A stretch of 64,000 nucleotides of DNA from Terracidiphilus sp. GTDB taxonomy: Bacteria > Acidobacteriota > Terriglobia > Terriglobales > Acidobacteriaceae. The notes under the pieces are model-generated. The model made no database searches. It was not told where the DNA came from and saw only the letters and a program-made list of their open reading frames with translations. A program made the position numbers and the translations under genes. The stretch lies in assembly GCA_035606555.1 (NCBI GenBank), contig DATNFD010000044.1:756-64755 (forward strand), given 5' to 3'. Shown in pieces: positions 39,267 through 48,046 of this stretch (within the stretch, counting starts at the first letter, position 1; every line of letters starts with the position of its first letter).

Positions 39267-41051
39267 ATGGAATCTCTTGCGCCCGGCAATTCGGCCGTAT
39301 TCAGCGCAGAGCAGAAGGAGTATCTCCTCGGGTTCGTCGCGGGAGCGATGGAGCGGGATGCGGGGCCGTTCGTAGGTCGCACCGCGTCGGGGCTTTTCAC
39401 CGCCGATCTGGCTTCAGGCGCTGTGAATCGCGCCGAACCGGCGGAAGAGACGCTTCATGGAACGGCTGTATCGGAACTCTGTCGCGAAGAACTGTGGAAG
39501 TATGAACAAAACCCGTTGGATGTATGGGACAAGCTTCTTGCACACGCCGATGAAAATCGCGTGCCTGCAGCCGATGACATTTTTCGCTTCAAATTCCACG
39601 GACTTTTCCACGTTGCTCCAGCACAGGATTCATTCATGTTGCGGCTGCGCATCCCTGGCGGCATTTTAAAGGCTCAGCAACTGAGCGGACTTGCCGATAT
39701 TGCTGAACAGTGGGGATCGGGCTGCGCCGAGATCACAACGCGTGCAAACCTGCAGCTAAGGGAATTTCAGCCCAAAGACATTGTGCGCGTGCTCACCAGC
39801 GTGCACGCGCTCGGGCTAACGTCGCGTGGTTCTGGTGCGGATAACATACGCAATATCACATCCTCCCCGCTCGCCGGCATCGATCCGGTAGAACTAATCG
39901 ATACCAGGCGGTTTGCCAACGCTCTTCATCACTACATCCTGAATTCCCGAGATCTTTACGGGTTGCCGCGCAAGTTCAATGTAGCCTTTGATGGCGGTGG
40001 ATCGGTCAGTGTCGTCGCAGATACCAACGATATTGGATTTGTGGCCGTGCGCGTCGGCGAAGGGCACGGCATTCCGCCCGGCGTTTACTTCCGTGCTTTG
40101 CTTTGCGGTATCACCGGTCACAAGCAATTTGCCTCCGACTGCGGCCTGCTCATGCTGCCGGAACAGACAGTCGCCGTCGCCGCAGCCATGATCCGAGCAT
40201 TCATCGAGCATGGCGATCGTACCGATCGCAAAAAAGCCAGGCTCAAATACCTGGTCGACCGTTGGGGGATGGAAAAGTTCGTCGCAGAAACCGAGAGGCG
40301 GCTTGCATTCTCGTTGCTTCGCGTTCCCGCGGAGGCTTGTGAGCCTCGTTGCGCTATCGATCGCGCCAGCCACATTGGCATTCATTCGCAGCGCCAGCCC
40401 GGCATGAAATACATCGGCGTATCTGTTCCTGTTGGACGCTTGTCCGTGATACAGATGCGTTCCCTGGCCGACATTGCCGAGCAATTTGGGAACGGAGAGT
40501 TGCGTCTCACTGTTTGGCAAAATCTTCTTCTCCCCAATATTCCATCGGAACAAGTCGATCTGGCAGTTGAAGAGCTTCGTGGTGCAGGGTTGGACTGCTT
40601 CGCACGCACCGTCTTGCGCGGCACAGTTGCCTGTACAGGCAATCGCGGTTGCCGCTATTCCGCCACGGATACGAAAACGCATGCAATTGAACTTGCGAAT
40701 CTGCTCGACTCGCGATTCCACATTGAACAGCCCGTGAATCTCCATGTGACCGGATGCCCGCATTCTTGCGCGCAACATTACATAGGGGACATAGGACTCA
40801 TGGGAGCCAAAGTTGGCGGAGAAGAAGGCTATCAGCTTGTCATTGGCGGCGGGTCTGACCGCGATAGAGGGCTTGCCCGAGAACTTATCCCATCCATCGC
40901 TTACCGCGACTTGCCTCCCGTGCTGGAAAGCTTGTTCGATGCATTCCAACAGCGGCGCAGCCCGGGCGAATCATTTCTCGATTTCAGTCGAAGACACACT
41001 GTTTCTGAACTGAAGTCATTTCTCACTATCAAGGAGCCAGTGACGCGATGA
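39267..41051 (+). CDS. nirA: Siroheme nitrite reductase (NirA-type hemoprotein)
   Basis: FRFKFHGLF, MLRLRIPGG, TTRANLQ, GADNIRN, LPRKFN, CTGNRGC and TGCPHSC. Nitrate reductase context. Confidence 0.88.
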   Translation: MESLAPGNSAVFSAEQKEYLLGFVAGAMERDAGPFVGRTASGLFTADLASGAVNRAEPAEETLHGTAVSELCREELWKYEQNPLDVWDKLLAHADENRVPAADDIFRFKFHGLFHVAPAQDSFMLRLRIPGGILKAQQLSGLADIAEQWGSGCAEITTRANLQLREFQPKDIVRVLTSVHALGLTSRGSGADNIRNITSSPLAGIDPVELIDTRRFANALHHYILNSRDLYGLPRKFNVAFDGGGSVSVVADTNDIGFVAVRVGEGHGIPPGVYFRALLCGITGHKQFASDCGLLMLPEQTVAVAAAMIRAFIEHGDRTDRKKARLKYLVDRWGMEKFVAETERRLAFSLLRVPAEACEPRCAIDRASHIGIHSQRQPGMKYIGVSVPVGRLSVIQMRSLADIAEQFGNGELRLTVWQNLLLPNIPSEQVDLAVEELRGAGLDCFARTVLRGTVACTGNRGCRYSATDTKTHAIELANLLDSRFHIEQPVNLHVTGCPHSCAQHYIGDIGLMGAKVGGEEGYQLVIGGGSDRDRGLARELIPSIAYRDLPPVLESLFDAFQQRRSPGESFLDFSRRHTVSELKSFLTIKEPVTR

Positions 41052-42853
41052 GTGCCATGATCCCCTATATTCCCGATAATGCCCCGTTCACCCCGGAACA
41101 GCGCGCATGGCTCAACGGTCTCTTTGCCGGAATATTTTCGACCGCGCCCGGGGGAGCCCTCGGTATCAATCCATCCCGACGCGTTGCCATCCTCTATGCT
41201 TCTCAGTCGGGGACCGCCGAAGGCCTGGCACGGAAGCTGGCGAAGGAGATGAAAGCGCAGGGCCACGTTCCGGCCATTTCGACGCTCGCGGGTTATACGC
41301 CAGCCTCATTGGCGGCTGAAACCTGTGCCCTTATCCTTGTCAGCACCTACGGAGATGGCGATGCGCCAAACGGGGTACAGCCCTTCTATGAGCAGCTTTG
41401 CCTCGAGCACTTTCCCCGCATGGAGAAACTCTCGTACGCCGTGTTCGCGCTGGGCGATAAACACTATGAGCATTTCTGCAGGTTCGGAAAGGATCTAGAC
41501 GCGAAACTTGCCGCGCTTGGAGCCAGCCGCATGGCAGATCGCATTGATTGCGACGTTGACGTAGACGAGCCATTTGCGCGATGGAAAGCCGCCATCATCG
41601 CTCGATTCAACGAAGATTCTCACCTGCCAACTCGCAATACGCCAGCTGTACGATCGAAATCGAACTCATCGGTGCCATCAGAGGAGACTGTTTCGGACAC
41701 AAAGCCACAAAATATGGCTGACGGTAAGGCTTTCACGCGCGAGCATCCGTTGTTGGCTGCGATGATAGAAAAGCGGTCACTCACGCACAAGACGTCAACG
41801 AAAACCACGCTTCACGTGGCCTTCTCGATCGAGGGTACAGGGCTTCGTTATGAAGTAGGCGATTCGTGCGGCGTGATCCCGACAAACGATCTAAACCTGG
41901 TTGCCGAGATCATGCAGAAGTTGCGCTTTCATGGCAACGAGCAGGTGCCGAGCGAAAAGGGTGTCACCACCACACTTCATTACGCGCTCGCCCACGAGCG
42001 TCAGGTGACTCGCCTCAATCGCAGGATCGTTCAGGCGTATGCCAACAAGGGCAACTGCAGGCGACTCTGCGATTTGTTGCTGCCGGAACAGCAGGCCGCT
42101 CTCGATGCCTATGTTTATGATCGGGGGCTCGTCGACTTGATCATCGAGTATCCAGGTGTCATCGACGATCCCTCGGAATTGGTGACACTTCTGCCAAGAC
42201 TCACGCCTCGTCTCTATTCCATCTCGTCCAGTCCCGCTGCCCATGGCGCACAGATTCACACAACCGTCGGCGTCGTCCGGTTCACCTCACATGATCGTGA
42301 ACGCGGTGGAGTGTGTTCAACATTATTTGCAGATCGCGCGTCGATCGCAGACCGCCTTCCTATCTATGTTCAGCCGAATAAAAAGTTCAAGCTGCCTGCT
42401 GACCCTGATGCACCCATGATCATGATCGGCCCCGGAACGGGCATCGCACCGTTTCGTGGCTTCCTGCATGAACGCCGCGCGCTTGGGCACAGAGGGAAAA
42501 ACTGGCTTTTCTTCGGTGAACGCAACTCTGCAACCGATTACCTCTATCGTGATGAGCTTGAGTCGATGCACGCGGCTGGCCACCTGGCGCGATTCGACAC
42601 AGCATTTTCCCGAGACAGTGACCGCAAGGTGTACGTTCAGGATCGGATGTTGGAACACGCCGCAAGCATTTGGGCCTGGCTGCAAGAGGGCGCGAGTGTC
42701 TATGTTTGCGGTGACGCATCACGAATGGCCAAAGACGTTCACGGCGCACTTTGTCGAATCGTCAAGGAACAAGGGGCCATATCGGTCGAAGCAGCAGAAG
42801 AATACGTTGGAGCACTCAAAGAGACACATCGATATCGTCGTGATGTGTACTAA
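41048..42853 (+). CDS. CysJ-like diflavin reductase (FMN/FAD/NADPH), probable electron donor to NirA
   Basis: YASQSGTAE flavodoxin, STYGDGDAP, ALGD, PRLYSISSS, GGVCS, IGPGTGIAPFRGF, YVCGDA and RYRRDVY. ATGA overlap with nirA. Confidence 0.9.
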   Translation: MSAMIPYIPDNAPFTPEQRAWLNGLFAGIFSTAPGGALGINPSRRVAILYASQSGTAEGLARKLAKEMKAQGHVPAISTLAGYTPASLAAETCALILVSTYGDGDAPNGVQPFYEQLCLEHFPRMEKLSYAVFALGDKHYEHFCRFGKDLDAKLAALGASRMADRIDCDVDVDEPFARWKAAIIARFNEDSHLPTRNTPAVRSKSNSSVPSEETVSDTKPQNMADGKAFTREHPLLAAMIEKRSLTHKTSTKTTLHVAFSIEGTGLRYEVGDSCGVIPTNDLNLVAEIMQKLRFHGNEQVPSEKGVTTTLHYALAHERQVTRLNRRIVQAYANKGNCRRLCDLLLPEQQAALDAYVYDRGLVDLIIEYPGVIDDPSELVTLLPRLTPRLYSISSSPAAHGAQIHTTVGVVRFTSHDRERGGVCSTLFADRASIADRLPIYVQPNKKFKLPADPDAPMIMIGPGTGIAPFRGFLHERRALGHRGKNWLFFGERNSATDYLYRDELESMHAAGHLARFDTAFSRDSDRKVYVQDRMLEHAASIWAWLQEGASVYVCGDASRMAKDVHGALCRIVKEQGAISVEAAEEYVGALKETHRYRRDVY

Positions 42854-42899
42854 CATTCCGCAAGACTTGATCTGTAGCGTGTTTCACTCACGACAAACG

Positions 42900-43049
42900 A
42901 TCGGCGCCAATAGCGGCAGCGCTCTCTGGACCGTGAAGATTGTACCCTTCACATTGGTGTCAAAGATTTCGTCAATGTGATCGGCGGTGATCTTGCCGAG
43001 CCGGAAGCGCCGCCGGTGATGACGCGACTATTCCTTTAAGCTTTCCCAT
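42900..43049 (-). pseudogene. SDR oxidoreductase remnant
   Basis: [19 protein letters not shown], frameshift, VITGGASG, internal deletion, then [31 protein letters not shown] and truncation. Confidence 0.75.
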
Positions 43050-43182
43050 AGTTACTCCCTTCGGTAGATCTGTTGAATTCAGCACCGTAGGGTGGAGTTC
43101 TTTGCCGGGGGGCGAACTGTTCGGGATTCCGATGCGCGGTCATCCATATGTCTGCACCGTCACCATGTCGCGCACATATCAT

Positions 43183-43590
43183 TCAATTTGGCAAGCGCCT
43201 TTGATTTGGGCTGTCCAGGGAAAAAGTCGGAATCTCAATATCAAAACGCTCACCGCCAACAGTCTCCATCAGGTAAGCGCCCCCCATCATGCCCGAAGGT
43301 GTATCGAGAGGCGCACCACTGGTGTATTCAAAGCTCTCTCCCGGCCTGAGAGTTGGTTGCTCCCCAACTACTCCAGGTCCTTTGACTTCAGTCAATTCGC
43401 CTCGCGCATTGGTGATCATCCAGTGCCGACTGAGAAGTTGCACCGTTTCCGCTCCCTGATTCTCGATTACCACGCGGTAGGCCCAAAAATACTGCGAGGT
43501 GTCCGGTGATGATCTCGTCTCAAGGTAAGTGGGCTCAACGCTCACAGCGATTCCTCTCGTTTTCGCGAAATACGCGTTCCAATTCGTCAC
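43183..43590 (-). CDS. apaG: ApaG (DUF525) protein
   Basis: YFWAYRVVIEN, VQLLSRHWMIT, GPGVVGEQP, FEYTSG and TPSGMMGG. Confidence 0.93.
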   Translation of the reverse strand: MTNWNAYFAKTRGIAVSVEPTYLETRSSPDTSQYFWAYRVVIENQGAETVQLLSRHWMITNARGELTEVKGPGVVGEQPTLRPGESFEYTSGAPLDTPSGMMGGAYLMETVGGERFDIEIPTFSLDSPNQRRLPN

Positions 43591-43905
43591 TGAGAAAGTT
43601 TAGAACAATCTCGAACTAAGCTCGGTTCGAAGTACACAATTTTTAATTCGGATTCTGCGACCAGGATTGAGAATCGGGACTTCTCAGATACAACTTCTAT
43701 CCCGGCGCGCGATTCGATATCGGAATTGGGCCCCGAGCGCACAAAAGTCTAAGTTGCCGAACCGTGAGGCGTGGTGAGTCTCTGCTGGATTGCCGGATCT
43801 ACGAGCACCGCGTATGGCAGAATCACGAAAAATGCGCTCAGTTTGACTGCTTCATCAGATGGCAATCTGGACATTCATTCGCATTAAAGGTGACCATGCA
43901 CAGGA

Positions 43906-44775
43906 TCAGCTGACAGGTCGATGCGAGGCGGGCTGTTGGAGGTCGCCAAAAGAGATGAGGTCAATTCCGGAATAGCCCTTGATGGCGACGAGGGCGTTGC
44001 GTTCAATTTCGCGGGACTCGAGTAATCGAGTATTGGCGCGGGCAAGAACTTCATCCCGATAACCGGGGTGAGATACGAATTCGAAGGTGCCTTCAGGCAT
44101 GGCGGAGATGAGCGAGTGAACGACGGAGATTTCGAGGGTGCCGGTGGCGAGGACCCCGATGGCACCATCGGTAGTGAGGAATCCTTCGTCTTGGACGATA
44201 CGGCGGAAGCGGGATTGGAGACGGCCGAGAAGAAGGACCTGAGCGCGGCGAGTTTCGGGAGCGTATCTGGTGGCGTTGATGCTCCAGAGAGGCTCGAAGG
44301 GATTGCGAACCATGCGGATTCCCGCTGCTCTGGCGGCGCGGAGAACAGGGCGCAGAACATGCGGGAACATGTGCAGATGCTTGTGCGTGTCGATATGGGT
44401 GAGGCGCAGGCCATAGCTCTGAAGAAGGGCGATCTGGGCGGCGACTTCGATTTCGATCTCGGCACCGCGTACGCGGGCTGTGTAGAGGCGCTTGAGAAAT
44501 GCGCCGAGGGATGGATAGAGCGTGCCGGTACTGCGATCGATAAGTGACGGGATGCTGGACGGGTTGGAGGCGGGGAGGCCGTTGATGAGAACGACGTGAC
44601 ATCCGACACCGAGGGAAGGCATGGCCAGGGCCATGTTGACAGCTTCTTCTGTGGCTCGAGCCCGCGCCATTAGAGTGGTGCTCGTGAGTACCTCGGCAGC
44701 GTGCAACTCGAGGATGGCACGGTTGACTCCGGGGGCCATCCCGAAATCGTCGGCATTGACGATGAGGCGGGGCAC
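43906..44775 (-). CDS. ChbG/HpnK (YdjC) family deacetylase
   Basis: LIVNADDFG, GVGCHVVL, THIDTHKHLH and EFVSHPG. Confidence 0.92.
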   Translation of the reverse strand: MPRLIVNADDFGMAPGVNRAILELHAAEVLTSTTLMARARATEEAVNMALAMPSLGVGCHVVLINGLPASNPSSIPSLIDRSTGTLYPSLGAFLKRLYTARVRGAEIEIEVAAQIALLQSYGLRLTHIDTHKHLHMFPHVLRPVLRAARAAGIRMVRNPFEPLWSINATRYAPETRRAQVLLLGRLQSRFRRIVQDEGFLTTDGAIGVLATGTLEISVVHSLISAMPEGTFEFVSHPGYRDEVLARANTRLLESREIERNALVAIKGYSGIDLISFGDLQQPASHRPVS

Positions 44776-44908
44776 GGGGATAGCTTATCAATTTTCAGCC
44801 AGAAAAACGGTTTGCTATGTGGCAGATGGAGTACTTGCGGCGCGATGCGGGAGGATTCCGCTGGCTGGTATGATGGAAAAAGGCCCGTCAACGGGCTCCC
44901 ACCCGAGT

Positions 44909-44985
44909 GGGCGGCTAGCTCAGTTGGTTAGAGCGCCTGCCTTACAAGCAGGAAGTCGGGGGTTCGAGTCCCTCGCTGCCCACCA
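44909..44985 (+). tRNA. trnV: tRNA-Val (anticodon TAC)
   Basis: Acceptor stem GGGCGGC/GCTGCCC plus ACCA, D-arm GCTCAGTTGGTTAGAGC, anticodon arm CCTGC-CTTACAA-GCAGG and T-loop TTCGAGT. Confidence 0.97.
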
Positions 44986-45263
44986 AATAATGCGCGTACG
45001 GCGAACTGCGCTGTGGCACCTCTGTGAGGCTCCCATTGGACGCAGTCGGACGCTGTGGTATGGTCAGGCGGCGCTTGATCAAGTCGGAAATGACTTGTCA
45101 CCTCAAAATCGTGGTATCAGCTCAATTCTCAGCTCTTAACTCACTTTGGCTGGTGGTCTCACTGTAGCCAAGTAGGAAGTCGGGAAGCTCGCCCGATATT
45201 CGAGGGGGCAGTGTGCTCCACGTACAAAGATATGTGCATCCAAGCTCGCCATGGAGTTTAAAT

Positions 45264-45482
45264 ATGCGGGCCCAGTCTTCGAAGGAGTTCAAAAATACAG
45301 TAAAGAGTGTGCTTGAAAGTGTTGAGAAAGGGTCCGGTTTGTCTGCGGATAACCCGGATCTCATTGCTCTCAAGAGTCTGCTCAAGCGACGTGTTCGTGA
45401 GGTGGAGTCATCAAAAAGCGGAGAGCGACCAGTTGTCCGGGATTGGACGAGAGGGCGTTTTCATCGGGGTAGGAAGTGTTGA
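45264..45482 (+). CDS. Small two-helix hypothetical protein
   Basis: GGAG RBS before ATG 45264. Hydrophobic pattern shared with 45869-46150. Confidence 0.55.
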   Translation: MRAQSSKEFKNTVKSVLESVEKGSGLSADNPDLIALKSLLKRRVREVESSKSGERPVVRDWTRGRFHRGRKC

Positions 45483-45513
45483 GCCTGTTGATTAATCATG
45501 TCAACGGTTTGAG

Positions 45514-45732
45514 TTACCTGTATCCGGGATGAGGTTCCTGGATTCTAGAGACGCCGCCGTGCTGTGGCGTGCTATTCAGATCTTTTTCCCGGGCGGCAAT
45601 GACGTCACTTTCGAACGGAGTCGTGGGATTCTTTACGGGGCATGAAATCCAGCGATCAGAGAGTTTGTGAACAAAGAATCCGAAGATTTCCACCGAGCGA
45701 TCACCTCGCTCGCAGTACAGACAGTTGAGCAT
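45514..45732 (-). CDS. Small Cys/His (CxxC...H...C) hypothetical protein
   Basis: GGGAGG RBS; MLNCLYCERG...FVHK...WISC. Confidence 0.5.
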   Translation of the reverse strand: MLNCLYCERGDRSVEIFGFFVHKLSDRWISCPVKNPTTPFESDVIAAREKDLNSTPQHGGVSRIQEPHPGYR

Positions 45733-45868
45733 GAAGCCCCTCCCAAGTGAGCGCCACAAGAGTGGAGGAAAATGTAAGTACGTTCAACTGGGAAGAACCC
45801 CGGGATTACGGCGAGTCCTGTCGAAAAGTCTCAGGGTGTCGGGCGGGGAAGTTGGGCAATGAGCCGGT

Positions 45869-46150
45869 TTAGGCGGGCACTCCTACGGAAGGCTCGGGCA
45901 TGTGCTGGACAGCTAGTTCGACTTCAGGCTTGAGCTCTTCAATCTCGTTCTGAAGTGCATTCCGTAGTTTTTGAATGCTGCAGTAGCGCTGGTCCAGCTC
46001 GGGGAGGCGATTGAGGGAATCCAGGGTGACGCGAAGGGAGTGAAGGAGGAGGATGGGATTGGGATCAGGCACGAGGATAGACTCCACCACTAGCATGGCA
46101 CTTTGCGTTGGTGATGCCAACTGGGAGAAATCCCGGCTTGACTTATTCAT
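45869..46150 (-). CDS. Small two-helix hypothetical protein
   Basis: Starts 14 nt after 46165-46443 on the same strand; amphipathic helices. Start may be 46096. Confidence 0.5.
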   Translation of the reverse strand: MNKSSRDFSQLASPTQSAMLVVESILVPDPNPILLLHSLRVTLDSLNRLPELDQRYCSIQKLRNALQNEIEELKPEVELAVQHMPEPSVGVPA

Positions 46151-46164
46151 TGAGTGCGGGCAGG

Positions 46165-46443
46165 TCAGATGGGTTCGACTTTCTTGTTTCGCAACGCTTG
46201 ACCGACGTGGATGGGCGGGTAATCACACTCCGCAAAGACCCATTCGCGGTTCTTGCCATCGGCGAGGGAGTTGTCGAAGAGGATGACTGTTCGGCAGTGG
46301 CCGCAGCGGAAGCCGAGGTAACCCTTATCCCACGTTGTCTTTTTGAACCAGCCGAGGTCGGACTGGCCGATATTCATGGTGGTGCGGCAGCTTCCGCAAA
46401 CGACTTTCTGCGCCCAATCGGGCCCAACGGAAACAATCTCCAT
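46165..46443 (-). CDS. Zinc-ribbon-like hypothetical protein
   Basis: AGGAG RBS; CGSC and CGHC pairs. Confidence 0.65.
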   Translation of the reverse strand: MEIVSVGPDWAQKVVCGSCRTTMNIGQSDLGWFKKTTWDKGYLGFRCGHCRTVILFDNSLADGKNREWVFAECDYPPIHVGQALRNKKVEPI

Positions 46444-46653
46444 GCATCAGCTCCTGAAGTGATCGGGGGAAGCCCGGAACTTCACCGAAGACGCTTGGCT
46501 CATCGGTTGTTGTCCGGGTGAGAGGGATTTTACCCGACCAAGCGAGGTGTGGGACAAGAGGGTTTTTGGGGATTGTTCGGCGAGATCCCGTTTCGAAGCG
46601 GTTGGCCGGGGCCAGGAGGGCTCCCGAGACGGCGAGGGTTTAGAGTGGTGGGC

Positions 46654-47931
46654 ATGGCCTTGTATTGCGGAGTAGGCGGTGTTGACCGGGAAATAAGCGC
46701 GCAGGAGATGACGGAACTGCTGCGGGAGGCACTTGGACAGCTCGGTCGGCGCGAGCGCGTGCTGGCTGTGCCTCCGGATATGACGCGATTGCATTCCAAG
46801 GCTGGGGTCCTGACGTGCGCGGCGCGCGAGATCCTGGGGGAGCGGCTCAAAGCCGTGCTGCCGGCGCTGGGAACGCACGCAGCGATGACCGGGAAGCAGA
46901 TGGATCACATGTTTCCTGGAATACCGCACGAGCTTTTCAAGGTGCACAACTGGCGGTCGGATATAGAGACACTTGGAGAGGTGCCGGCGGAGTTCATCCA
47001 CGAGGTGTCAGAAGGCAAGCTGAATTTTGCGTGGCCGGCGCAGGTTAACCGGTTGATCTGCGGCGGTGAGTTCGATCTGATCCTTTCGATTGGGCAGGTG
47101 GTGCCGCACGAAGTGATTGGAATGGCGAACTACAACAAGAACATTCTGGTTGGCACCGGCGGGCGCATGGGGATTAACCGCAGCCATTATCTCGGCGCGG
47201 TGTATGGGATGGAGCGGATCATGGGGCGCGCGGAAAATCCGGTGCGCGCCGTTCTGAACTATGCATCGGATAAGTTTCTGCGCGACCTGCCGATTGTGTA
47301 TGTCCAGACGGTGGTGGGACGTGCAGTTGATGGCGAGCTGGCGGTGAGAGGCCTGTTTATTGGAGATGATGTGGAGTGCTTCCATCGCGCGGCGGAGTTG
47401 AGCGTGAAGGTGAACTTCGAGATGGTGGAGAAGCCAATCAGGAAAGCGGTAGTGTTTCTCGATCCACGAGAGTTTCATTCAACATGGCTGGGGAACAAGG
47501 CCGTGTATCGCACGCGGATGGCGTTATCAGATGGCGCTGAACTGGTCGTGCTGGCTCCGGCGGTGCGCGAGTTTGGCGAAGACAAAACGATCGATGGGCT
47601 GATCAGGAAATACGGATATCACGGGACACCGGCAACGCTGAAGGCAGTGGAGGAGAACGAAGATCTGGCTGCGGAGCTGGGCGCTGCGGCACACCTGATT
47701 CATGGATCATCAGAGGGGCGGTTCAAGATTACGTGGTGCCCCGGAGAGTTGATGCGTGAGGAGATTGAGGGTGTCGGTTTCGGCTATGGCGAACTGGACA
47801 CCATGATGGCGCGCTACAACCCGGATACGTTGTCGCATGGATGGAACACGGTGGAGGGGGAAGAGGTGTTCTTTATTGCGAATCCGGGGTTGGGATTGTG
47901 GGCGCATGCGTCGCGGCTCTTCGCACTCTGA
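46654..47931 (+). CDS. Lactate racemase (LarA N-terminal, DUF2088) domain protein
   Basis: PPDMTR, ALGTH, VHNWR and VVPHEVIGMANYNKN. Start reassigned to ATG 46654. Confidence 0.85.
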   Translation: MALYCGVGGVDREISAQEMTELLREALGQLGRRERVLAVPPDMTRLHSKAGVLTCAAREILGERLKAVLPALGTHAAMTGKQMDHMFPGIPHELFKVHNWRSDIETLGEVPAEFIHEVSEGKLNFAWPAQVNRLICGGEFDLILSIGQVVPHEVIGMANYNKNILVGTGGRMGINRSHYLGAVYGMERIMGRAENPVRAVLNYASDKFLRDLPIVYVQTVVGRAVDGELAVRGLFIGDDVECFHRAAELSVKVNFEMVEKPIRKAVVFLDPREFHSTWLGNKAVYRTRMALSDGAELVVLAPAVREFGEDKTIDGLIRKYGYHGTPATLKAVEENEDLAAELGAAAHLIHGSSEGRFKITWCPGELMREEIEGVGFGYGELDTMMARYNPDTLSHGWNTVEGEEVFFIANPGLGLWAHASRLFAL

Positions 47932-48046
47932 TTTGTTCATGCGGGGGAAGCGTTTTCCTGCGCTTAATCTTTTAGCAGCTTAAGAGAAAACACATATGTA
48001 GAACCCGCTCATCGCGAGGAGTCGCGTTGAGCGGCCCTGTGCCAGT

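Noticed and set aside
43090-43182. Short plus-strand coding-like fragment divergent from the SDR remnant
   Set aside because: Could be a regulator remnant, but it is too short to assign.
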